A stretch of 19,001 nucleotides of DNA, taken from the NCBI RefSeq assembly GCF_000143415.4, contig NW_003314480.1, positions 1 to 19,001 of the forward strand, in the 5' to 3' direction. The position numbers and the translations under genes are program-made. Of this stretch, positions 9,223-18,800 are shown piece by piece; position 1 is the stretch's first letter, and each line of letters starts with the position of its first letter. Origin of the DNA: Selaginella moellendorffii. Taxonomy: Eukaryota > Plantae > Lycopodiophyta. Under the pieces are notes generated by a model that was not told the DNA's origin, did no database searches, and worked only from the letters and a program-made list of their open reading frames with translations.

Positions 9223-11679
9223 ATGGCAAGGGCAGGGCGTAAGCGAACCCAGGCGGAGACGGAACCTCCGCCGGAGCTGGAGCCTCCGGTTGAACAAGAG
9301 GCTATGGATGAGGAATCCTTGCATGAGGAGGACTCCAGTGAGGAAACTTCCAAACAGGAGTCCGGTGGCGAGGTTCGGTCGTCCAAGGCTCGATTGGACG
9401 TGCTAGAAGGACAGTTGGCACAGACCAATGCCCTGCTGGAGACTCTCGTACGCAAGTTAAAGCGTGACGAGAAGCGGAAGAAAAAGCGAAAGACTGCGGA
9501 TGCTGGCAGCGCAGAAGGTGCGGACCCTTCGGCAGGGACTGAGGCAAAACCAGACAAGGTCGAACAGACCGAAGTGGAATCAGTCCCTCAGGCAGTTCCC
9601 AAGTACAAACCAAAGCCCCCACCGGTGTTCAAGGGAGTGAACGACTATAAGGTTGTGGAGGATTGGTTTTACGATATGGAGGACTACTTCCGAGCGTTGC
9701 GGTTACCGAGCTCGGAGAAGGTCCCATGTGCAAAACCATACTTGGCAGATAATGCCAAGTCTTGGTGGAGAACAACGGAGGCCAACGAAGGACCGGTGGC
9801 CACCTGGGACATGATGAAGGCGAGGATCCGCGCGACATACGTTCCTCCAAATGCCACTCTGCATCTGAGAGATGAGTTGAGTAGGCTGAAGCAAACTGGA
9901 ACCATCCAGGAATATGTAAATGGGTTCATGGCAAAGAGGATACTTGTCACGGACATGGGGGATATGGATGCGTTCCATGCCTTTATATCAGGTTTGCAAA
10001 CCTGGGCTCGCGGTGAGGTGATGCGCTGGAACCCGACCAACTACAAGGAAGCGTTGGATGCGGCCATCAAGGTGCATTTCAACGATAACCTGCGAAAGGG
10101 GAACACGACGGGGTCGGGATCCACGTTTCACAAAGGGGCCAAACCGAGGGGAACATATAGCAAGGGGAAATTCAAGAAGAGTTTCTCTAAGAATGAGTCC
10201 TCGGGGTTCCGGAAAGGCAAATCCGGTGGCCAGCGAGCGAGTATGTGGGGAAGTCAAGCGAAAAAAGACAAACCCACGGATAAGAAGGTCAAGTCGTATA
10301 GCAGCGTGGGCAACAACGTATGCTACAACTGCGGCGAAGCGGGACACTTCTCGAGGGAATGTCCCTACCCGAAGAAGGCCAGAGCCAATATGGCCATCAA
10401 GTCGGGTGAAGTCCAAATTGAGGTATGTGATCCAGTCCCTAACTCAAACTTACTCATTACACGAGCAACTTTGGTAGAGAGTCGTTCGCGACATCTACTA
10501 GCCCTCCGAGGGAAGCTCGGAGGTAGCTTTGTTAAGATCCTTATTGACACGGGTGCTTCGGATAATTTTGTGGCTGCAGACATAGTCCGGCAAGCCGGAC
10601 TAACGGTGCAGCGGCTAGGCGAACCAAGGACTATAGAGTTTGTTCAAGGTAGCCAAAGCACCGATGAGGTACTTCGACAAGCGAGAGTCGAAGTGGGGAC
10701 ATGGAAAGTGGACATGGATTTCACCGTCTTGGACATGGCGGGATTTGACATGATCTTCGGAATGGATTGGTTTAATCGGTTCGTGGTAGTCCTACATGGA
10801 CAAGGTAGGAACCTTGTGGTATTGGCGAATGCCCAAGGAAGAAGATCTAGGGTGGAGACCCAGGATCTAAAGGTAGGGCAAAGCAAGGCCAAAGAGTCAT
10901 GCTTAAACCTGGTGTCCACGAGAGGACAACTCACTAAAGGAACTAAGGCAGCCTTTTTGTGCTTACTCTCGGTGAAGAGTGACAAAAAGACAAGAACGGA
11001 AGAAGTACCTTTAGTGATCCAGCAGGTGCTAGACCAATTCCAGGATACGATGCCGGAGGAGCTACCGGCGGGGTTGCCCCCCGCACGACCGATAGAACAT
11101 AAGATTGAGCTGGTCGAGGGTGCTGAGGCGGTGGTTCGTCCACCCTATCGATTGAACGAAAAAGAACTCAAGGAGCTCAAGAGCCAACTAGAGGAGTTGG
11201 TGGACAAAGGGTATGTTAGGTTGAGCAAGTCGCCGTATGGGGCGCCGGTGCTATTTGTGAAAAAGAAAGATGGATCTATGCGCATGTGCATAGACTACTG
11301 GTTGCTCAACAAGTATACCAAGAAGAACAAGTACCCTTTGCCAAGGATCGAGGACCTGTTCGATAGGTTGGGAAAGGCAAAATACTTCTCGAGGATTGAC
11401 CTAAGGTCAGGATACTACCAGATCAGGGTAGCTGAGGAAGATGTCGAGAAGACAACCTGTCGAACGAGGTATGGGAGCTTTGAGTTTTTGGTGATGCCCT
11501 TTGGGCTGTGCAATGCGCCGGCAACGTTTTCGGCGTTGATGAACCACATCTTTGTACCCTATCTGGATCGCTTCGTGGTCGTCTATATTGACGACATCCT
11601 GATCTATAGCGAGACGCTAGAGGAGCATGCCGAACACTTGGCGAAGGTGTTTGAGAAACTAAAAGCTCTATTTCGTTAA
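9223..11679 (+). CDS. Gag-Pol polyprotein, truncated in RT (818 aa)
   Basis: Retrotransposon Gag ([15 protein letters not shown]), zinc knuckle [14 protein letters not shown], protease LIDTGAS, RT motifs [43 protein letters not shown] and YIDD. The last codons (ALFR*) are read from the inserted TIR; no RNase H or integrase in the window. Confidence 0.95.
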   Translation: MARAGRKRTQAETEPPPELEPPVEQEAMDEESLHEEDSSEETSKQESGGEVRSSKARLDVLEGQLAQTNALLETLVRKLKRDEKRKKKRKTADAGSAEGADPSAGTEAKPDKVEQTEVESVPQAVPKYKPKPPPVFKGVNDYKVVEDWFYDMEDYFRALRLPSSEKVPCAKPYLADNAKSWWRTTEANEGPVATWDMMKARIRATYVPPNATLHLRDELSRLKQTGTIQEYVNGFMAKRILVTDMGDMDAFHAFISGLQTWARGEVMRWNPTNYKEALDAAIKVHFNDNLRKGNTTGSGSTFHKGAKPRGTYSKGKFKKSFSKNESSGFRKGKSGGQRASMWGSQAKKDKPTDKKVKSYSSVGNNVCYNCGEAGHFSRECPYPKKARANMAIKSGEVQIEVCDPVPNSNLLITRATLVESRSRHLLALRGKLGGSFVKILIDTGASDNFVAADIVRQAGLTVQRLGEPRTIEFVQGSQSTDEVLRQARVEVGTWKVDMDFTVLDMAGFDMIFGMDWFNRFVVVLHGQGRNLVVLANAQGRRSRVETQDLKVGQSKAKESCLNLVSTRGQLTKGTKAAFLCLLSVKSDKKTRTEEVPLVIQQVLDQFQDTMPEELPAGLPPARPIEHKIELVEGAEAVVRPPYRLNEKELKELKSQLEELVDKGYVRLSKSPYGAPVLFVKKKDGSMRMCIDYWLLNKYTKKNKYPLPRIEDLFDRLGKAKYFSRIDLRSGYYQIRVAEEDVEKTTCRTRYGSFEFLVMPFGLCNAPATFSALMNHIFVPYLDRFVVVYIDDILIYSETLEEHAEHLAKVFEKLKALFR

Positions 11680-11689
11680 AGTGGGATTT
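11666..11689 (+). repeat. Left terminal inverted repeat of copy B
   Basis: CTCTATTTCGTTAAAGTGGGATTT; inverted match to 7847-7870; coincides with the RT breakpoint. Confidence 0.78.
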
Positions 11690-12322
11690 ATTCAGTAAAA
11701 TGGGACTAGGTACAAATTTTCAAGTATTTGAAAATGACGTGAAATTATATGTTTTTTGTCCAGGGGCTAGACATATCTGGGGCATGGTGACTAGCGCGGT
11801 GACCTTATGTCCAGACTGAGTCCATCTAGTTGTATAATAAATCTCATTGTCAAGGTGAACAAGCCGAATCTGAAGCTAAAGAAGAGCGATGGCATGCGCG
11901 CACACACTATTTGTTTGTTCATTGAGCGTGTGGTGAGCTTTCCAAGATGAACATCATTCCTATTAGCCAGACATATAACTTAATGGTGAGAACATTTAGA
12001 TATTATTCAATGTTATCTTTTTCTAACGAATCTAATTGTGAAGGTGTAGCAAGAGGCATTGCTAGTCTGGAGAAGTCATTTAACTCATTTGACCTTTAGT
12101 GTATTTTCATGAAACTAAATAACATTCATATTATTAAGGAATTTCTCTAGTACCTTTTTTTTACGACATAGAGGCTTGCATTTCTTTCAAAGGTGATTTA
12201 GTAAAAGGCCTGAGGGCACATGCCATTCTATTTCTCAGACCGGTATTAAGATATACTAGTGCAAAGGGAGAAAGGTATTTGGTGATCAAGTAAATGGCAT
12301 GAGGGCACACGCCATTATAAGC

Positions 12323-12580
12323 CTAAGCGCTAGTGGACACCTCCTTTTTGGTACTCTCAGCGGTACTATCATCCTTCTCCGGGTCAGTTGTTTTGCTTTG
12401 GATTGTTGTCTCTGACGTTACTGGGGCGTTCTCGATAGTTGTTAATGTTGCCATTTGTTCAGAAAAATGATCACCTGGAGTATAGTACGGGGAGTTTGGA
12501 AGACTTATATATTCTACATCTTCACCTATCTCCTTCTCCGTCTCCTTTTCTGCCTCACTTACAGATTTTGTGCTTGCCAT
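12323..12580 (-). CDS. Possible small acidic S/T-rich ORF (85 aa from ATG) or downstream exon of the transposase
   Basis: MASTKSVSEAEKETEKEIGEDVEY... has coding-like composition and is flanked by palindrome copies; no recognisable domain. Confidence 0.3.
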   Translation of the reverse strand: MASTKSVSEAEKETEKEIGEDVEYISLPNSPYYTPGDHFSEQMATLTTIENAPVTSETTIQSKTTDPEKDDSTAESTKKEVSTSA

Positions 12581-12846
12581 GAGAACGCTCTTCACCCTAA
12601 AATATGGAGTTCGTTGTGTTATAAAAGGAAACCAACACACACGCTGCAAGGGAATGATGGTACATAAAGCACGTAAGCCCACAATATGGGTTTATGTGCC
12701 ATTAATATGGGCCACACGCCATATTATTAGATTTATGCACGTGTGATTGGTAAATGCATATGTCACATCATCTTTGTTTTACCTCACACACTATATCAAG
12801 CCTCCTCTGATTCAGATTCGGATTGTTCACCTTGAAATAAAATACA

Positions 12847-15468
12847 TTAGAAACTTGTAAAGGACTCTTCCAATTCTTCATATACAACCGGCCCATTTTG
12901 GATAGCAGATATAAAATTCTCCCAGTATTCGAGCAAAGGCTTGCACCTCTGAAAATAGGATTCTCCACCAAACACCAACCCCCTCTTCCAGAAGGCAATA
13001 TGCTGTCTAATCCCGGCCACTATACTTTCCTGGTCTTTGAGTCCATCCGGGTGCATCGGCCGTGGGGAACCCTGAGGAATCATAGGTTCCCCAGTTATGG
13101 GATCTCTCTTGAAGAGTTCAATGCCGTCCACTGGCAGCCACACTGTGTCCCATTCTCTCATCTTGTACCTCATCACTGGAGCACCGTCACACATGCTGAA
13201 ATGAAACTGAAGAGGCTTGGAGTGGCCAATCAGCGTTTCGGATCCATCCCTGATGTAGCCTCTTACAAACCCCTTAAAGTCTGGAACCTCTGTCAGAAGT
13301 GCAGCTTCAACAGTGCCTTTGATGCAATTTTGGAATTCATCGTAGAGTTGTGGGAGGGTGAGGACATTGGATCGCCGGAGGGACTCTGCCAAGTGACTGA
13401 ACATGGCATCGACGTCTTCATGAGTGTGCCCAACCATGAGAAAGCCAAGTGTAACCGTTTCAAATATGCCTTTGGCAACAAGCATCGCCAAGTACGCGAA
13501 GACGTACATGTTTTTGTTCTCACTGCCAGCATTGTCTGTTTGGAGCAGAAGATGGGGTGGAAGGCCACATCGGCCGCAAGAACTTCCTTGAGATTCTGCT
13601 TCGTTTGGATGAGGCTGTGCATTCACCGGGCGACCAGCCTCGTCGGAATGGCATGAGGCCTCACGTGATAACCCTACAATCTGACGGCCAACATATTCAC
13701 TGGGATGGCATGGGGCCCCACGCGATACTGCAAGCCTTTGCTCCTCCTCCAGCTGAACCCTGTATGGGGTTCGATCGACAAGGGCCTTATGCAAGGGTTG
13801 GCCGTTCAGCTCAGTCTGCGCACTTTGCAGAGACCTTAAGTGTTTTGCTAGGGACGCAATCATCATGTTTGCACCCCCGCCACCCCATAGAGGTACAAAG
13901 AAGTTCCCATAGTTCTGGGCACCATGCCCATGAGCGATTATGCCAAACAGAGACACAGGCAGCTGCATGGATGAAGAGATTGCCTTGGGGGCAGGATTGA
14001 GTCGAGGTAAGCACGTCTTTTTCTGGTCCATTTTGTCATGGATGATGCAGAGGTAAGAGTCAGGTCTCTCCATGGAGAGAATCCTGTTATGATAATATGC
14101 AGTCCTGCAGCTTCTCTGCTCGATGTTGTGGTCGAGCCGCCTTCTAACCAACGTCTCTCGCTCTTGAGCGCTGCAAGAATTCTTCGACAAAGCCATTTTG
14201 ATAGCAGTGCACTCGTCACACTTTGAAAAGCTGGAGTACTTTCCTATACTCACATCCCTGAACCTGTTGCTCCACAATCTACTAAATCTAGATTGGCTCA
14301 GCTTCCTGTAGCCATTACTCTGGAGTTCCCGATTCACATCTTCCAATATGGCCCCCTTGGTATACATGGAAGGGAGAACTCGTTGGGTGTCTCGTGTTCC
14401 ATCTTCCAAGAGGCGGGTTTTATGTGGTTGCTGCTCGCTACATGTCTCGACAAACCTCTTGAAGATTGCCTCTCCATATACAACATGACCCCTGGTTTTG
14501 TGCGTACCGTCGTTCCCATGGACTACCTGTTGAACCCTTTGTTCCTCGAACTCAGTTTTGATTCTGTAGAATGTGCTTCGAGGGACTCCATAAATGATTC
14601 TCCATGCCTTCATGCAGACCAAACCCCTCTGGAAGACCATGCCCCCCACCTGATGTTCTGAAGCATCAACAGATGACCGTAATGCCTCATACACAAAATT
14701 GCGAGCTGCCTTCCAGGACAATGTCTTGTATCTTGCTCTCTCCTCTTCAATAGCATCCCAATCAACATGTTGACAGCACCTCCTCTTGCAACAAGCAACT
14801 GTCGAGACCATTCGAACCTCCATCGCCATTTTCTGCCTTTTCGGTTCGTTGCTCAGATCCCTTTGGCTGCGCTTTAGGAAGGTGTACTTTCTTTTCCCAT
14901 GAAGAGATGTTCTGTCATCAGTTGTAGTGGTGTTTGATTGTGAATCCTTCACATTCTCAAACACTAAGTGCCTCAATTTCCACCGCACAATGCTTCCAAT
15001 AGTCAGACTGTTTTCTTCTGTGTCAACAACCTCTAAAATCGCAACTCCAATATCATCCCAGCCCAATTCTTGATTAGCAACCGCATCTCTTGGATCGACA
15101 ACTGTGGCTAAGCCCTCAGCTACCACCTCCCCCTCGGGGTTGTTTAGAAACACTTTTGCCTGAATCCATGTAGCACGGTTCTTAAGATCCACGGAGGGAA
15201 CATGCGTCGCACTTGCGCTGTCCCCAACATCTGCTTTCTTCTGAAGATTTTTCAAGGCAACAACAACATTTACCCCGACGACCATCTCTCCTCGTTCAAT
15301 AGCGACCACATTCCCATCGAAGACAATCTCTACTGATACAACAGCATTGCCTTCCCCAAGCCTTTCACAGTGTATAACAAAGTTCCGATCCATAGACACA
15401 AGGGTCCCTTTTGCAACTCTCTTCCCACCATTCAAAATGTAAACCTTTTCCCCAACCCTGAAGGCCAT
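12847..15468 (-). CDS. DDD transposase (DUF7869 / Sola-like) with two N-terminal En/Spm TnpA (Transposase_23)-like domains, 873 aa
   Basis: Uninterrupted ORF with CCKRRCC, VCMKAWRIIYGVPRSTFYR, FSKCDEC and a catalytic-triad context IIHDKMDQ / LQTDNAGSENKN / GFLMVGHTHEDVDAMFS. Superfamily assignment is from memory of motifs. Confidence 0.85.
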   Translation of the reverse strand: MAFRVGEKVYILNGGKRVAKGTLVSMDRNFVIHCERLGEGNAVVSVEIVFDGNVVAIERGEMVVGVNVVVALKNLQKKADVGDSASATHVPSVDLKNRATWIQAKVFLNNPEGEVVAEGLATVVDPRDAVANQELGWDDIGVAILEVVDTEENSLTIGSIVRWKLRHLVFENVKDSQSNTTTTDDRTSLHGKRKYTFLKRSQRDLSNEPKRQKMAMEVRMVSTVACCKRRCCQHVDWDAIEEERARYKTLSWKAARNFVYEALRSSVDASEHQVGGMVFQRGLVCMKAWRIIYGVPRSTFYRIKTEFEEQRVQQVVHGNDGTHKTRGHVVYGEAIFKRFVETCSEQQPHKTRLLEDGTRDTQRVLPSMYTKGAILEDVNRELQSNGYRKLSQSRFSRLWSNRFRDVSIGKYSSFSKCDECTAIKMALSKNSCSAQERETLVRRRLDHNIEQRSCRTAYYHNRILSMERPDSYLCIIHDKMDQKKTCLPRLNPAPKAISSSMQLPVSLFGIIAHGHGAQNYGNFFVPLWGGGGANMMIASLAKHLRSLQSAQTELNGQPLHKALVDRTPYRVQLEEEQRLAVSRGAPCHPSEYVGRQIVGLSREASCHSDEAGRPVNAQPHPNEAESQGSSCGRCGLPPHLLLQTDNAGSENKNMYVFAYLAMLVAKGIFETVTLGFLMVGHTHEDVDAMFSHLAESLRRSNVLTLPQLYDEFQNCIKGTVEAALLTEVPDFKGFVRGYIRDGSETLIGHSKPLQFHFSMCDGAPVMRYKMREWDTVWLPVDGIELFKRDPITGEPMIPQGSPRPMHPDGLKDQESIVAGIRQHIAFWKRGLVFGGESYFQRCKPLLEYWENFISAIQNGPVVYEELEESFTSF

Positions 15469-15656
15469 TCTGAAAGTGCAGAAAAGAAGTTAAGACCATA
15501 CAAAAAATGATTGGAGAATGGCCTAAATCATAACATACCAAACAACCTCAATAGCATGAGGTCACATGCCATTATTCAAACATGCTATTGACACCCACGT
15601 GAAATTTCGCATTCACAAAATTGGCATGAGCCCTCATGCCATTAGTGGTACCACCA

Positions 15657-15848
15657 ATGGCATGAGGCCTCACGCTATCTTTGGGCCCTGCTAGCCTGTT
15701 GCTATATTCCTTTTGCCTTGCTGCAACTGTATATGTTTTTGTGTGCGTGACTAGTCACCCATACAAAAATATATACAATTGCAGCAAGGCAAAAGGAATA
15801 TGGCAATAGGCTAGCAGGGGCCAAAGATGGCATGAGGCCTCATGCCAT
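15657..15848. repeat. 192-bp loopless near-perfect palindrome
   Basis: Two 96-bp arms centred on GTGACT|AGTCAC (15752/15753), 9 mismatches, no indels; each arm ends in a 22-bp palindrome copy. The outer part of the right arm is also at 1-62. Confidence 0.97.
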
Positions 15849-18800
15849 CTTGATATACACACAGCTGCAGGCAAGTAAAAACATACATGACAATACGCTA
15901 GCCATGAAATTGCAAGGGCCCAAGATGGCATGTGGCCTCATGCCATTTCTAAATGTGGTCCTAAGCCATTCCATGGTGAACATACCAGGAAGCACAAGTG
16001 CCGAATATCAAGAGGAAGCGGTAGCCACACCAAAGACAGTGCCGCTCGCAACACCGCAACTACTCGTAGCGCCGCTCGCAACACCGCAACTGCTCGTAGC
16101 GCCGCTCGCACAAACTGCCACTCGCATAAACTGCCGCTCGCAATGGCGCTCGCAATGCCGCAACCGCTCGTAGACGCATAAACCACAGCCCACAACGCCG
16201 CTTACACAAGCAGCGCTCACTGCGCTCAGCGGAACCAAGAACACGGCGCACAAAAATGATAGACCTAGGAATGAGTTCGAGAATTCAAAAATAACACACG
16301 CTTGAACGTCACATCAAATCCTTTGACAAACCAGATCTTATGATTCCTCTGACAAATTTCAAACTGAGTAGCTTCTAGACTTTGCTGTCGGAGGTTGAAC
16401 TTTGTCACATCATGTCCTTGCCTCGATCCAGCTGTGCCATGTCAGTGATTCGAACTTTGCCATGCCATGTCAACGATCCGCGCCAAGATTATTCGCCGTG
16501 TAAAGGAATAATTACGCTGTGTGTGTACGTCCATTTATGGCAATATAAGGCCACACGCCATTCAAAGAATAATGCTCGACATAAGGCCACACGCCATTCA
16601 AAGAATAATGCTAGTCGAGCATTTTTTGGTGCATTTTTGGGTTCAAAATTGCATGAGCCCACACGCTATAAAGTTTACCTGTACCAAAAATAGAAACAGC
16701 TTTATTTACTTGGGAATTTAAGTGGTTGAGGCATTTTTAAACTTACAAACACATGCCCTACTTACATTCCTTTGGTTGCCTAAAATTCAAAAATATTATA
16801 AACCTTTCTTTTTGCATTTTCAATGTTTTCAATTATGGTTTTTGATTTTCGTAGGACCAGCCTAGTAATCTATTTGCATCCCGTCATGTTTATAGCTAGC
16901 TTTCGTTCGTCCCCTTCGCTAGCCTGAGATACATCTGCTCGGCATCTGCCTCTTACAGCATTTGCCCAGAAAGGGCATCTTTCTTCACGCAGCATTTGCC
17001 ACATGTTTAGGGTTTAGGGTTTAGCAATTCAGTAGCTTGATAAACATGCAAATACAGAACTTGATGCAAAATCCTTTGATATGTCACAATGCCCCTAGGA
17101 CCATAAACACATTTCAATAGAGAGGGTCCTTTCATTTCATAACTCCTTACGTAGATCTTGGTGAAACCAGAGTTAGTGAAGTTAGTTTCTTGTGATCCCG
17201 CATCTGATTGTGATGTCCCTTTGCAGTTTCGATGGAAAGGTCAATGCACACCAAACTGTGAAATCTTGGAGCAAAATAACGGTCGGATCTATGGCAAATG
17301 CCCCTGAAACATTGTAAGGCTCGTGTGGTCTCATGTGGTGTTCGATTGAGATGCTTCTTTGCAGGGTCATCAAGAAAGACATTGTATACCATTCTGTAAA
17401 ATCTAGTTGCGATCTAACGGTTGGATCTCCAGAAAACTCAAAAAAATCTCGCGCGTGTCAGAATATCCTAGGAATATACTCCTATGTGCCCCTGAAAATG
17501 GCATGCGGCCCCACGCCATTCAAGAGATAATGCCAGATGACGCCAAGAATTTTTTGGTGCATTTTTTGGGTTCAAAATTGCATGAGCCCACACGCTATAA
17601 AGTTTATCTTTGCCAAATAGAGAAAAGTTTATTTGTGTCATATGAGGTAGTTACAGTCCTTTGTGCTCGGCATCTGCCTCTTGCAGCATTTGCACTGAAA
17701 GGGAATTTTTCTCCATTCAGCATTTGGCCCTGAAAATGGCATGTGCCCACACACCATTCAAGGAATAACGCCACAGGACGCCTAGATTTTTGGGTTTAAA
17801 ATATTTAGGGTTTTTTGGGTTTTTTCAAAATATTTTGGGTCCAACGTTTTTTGGGTTTCTTTGGTTCAAAATTGCATGAGCCCACACGCTATAATATTGA
17901 TTTGAGAGAAAAATAGAAACAGATAGAATTTCTTTATTTAGCTGAACATCTGCCATTTTTGGAAATACAAGATGCTTTGGAATATCCAATCATGCATGGT
18001 ATAAATATAGCGAGGGTATTAAATGATATCCCAATCATGATCTTTCTTTTGGATTTCGCGTGCATGCAGTCCGAGGAATGATGACGTTGCGGATTTCTTT
18101 TGGATTTTGCGTGCTTGCATGCGCGCGGCAATCCAAAAATTAATGGTGGCGCCCAAGTCCGAGGAATGATGACGTGGCGGGATTACCAACCGTTGTGACA
18201 TTTCGCGCGTGTGAGGTTAGGTTTTGCATTTTGCTTTGTACTCGCGCTCGCACACTCGCGCTCGCGCTCGCATCACACTCGCGCTCCCGCTCGCATCGCG
18301 CTCCCACTCGCGATCACGCTCACTTCTCTACAGGTTTCTCGTGTGCATCGGCGTCCACTCGCGCTTGCATCACACTCGCGCTCGCATCGCGCTCGTGTGC
18401 ATCGGCGTCCACTTCAAGACACACCCAGTTTGTAACTTCGCCGCCAACTCCGCCGCCCACTCCACCACCCACACGCAGCCCACTTGGCGTCCCGGGAGAT
18501 TTCAGCACCACTCTCTAACTGTAAGTGGCAGAGTAGCCTTGCTGCTACGATCCGCTGCACACACAGTGCACATTCGCCAGCGAGTCCGGCCTCGATTGTC
18601 ACGGCCTCCATTCGGCTTCAAATGGTAAGTCTTTTAGACGAAGTAGAAAATGGCATGAGGCCACATGCCATTCAGTAGCAACATTGGCATGCACCGATTG
18701 GGCTCTCGAGTGCAGTCCGGTTACAGATGGCGTGTAGCCTCACGCCATCTTAGGATGTAGCCTCAAGACATCTGATGCAGTGGTGAATGGCGTGTGGCCT

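Larger units (their letters stand above)
8016..11665 (+). mobile_element. Ty3/Gypsy LTR retrotransposon, 5' part (LTR, PBS, gag, protease, partial RT), interrupted by transposon copy B
   Basis: LTR with TG..CA ends, tRNA-iMet PBS, single gag-pol ORF in PR-RT order. Confidence 0.93.

Noticed and set aside
12898-14661. Plus-strand ORFs (252, 147, 122 aa) opposite the transposase
   Set aside because: Antisense shadows with no recognisable motifs.
15593-15606. CACGTGAAA resembling half of bacterial parS (TGTTTCACGTGAAACA)
   Set aside because: Only a 9-bp partial match at a single site; expected by chance or as a G-box.
1-15786. A 15.8 kb tandem unit with a Gypsy inserted into it
   Set aside because: The Gypsy ORF is cut by the transposon end rather than the reverse; no 3' LTR or TSD closes it.
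15657-15848. The palindrome as a head-to-tail junction of two transposon TIRs
   Set aside because: A better TIR pair (7847-7870 / 11666-11689) coincides with the RT breakpoint and with the limits of the motif distribution, which makes the palindrome internal.
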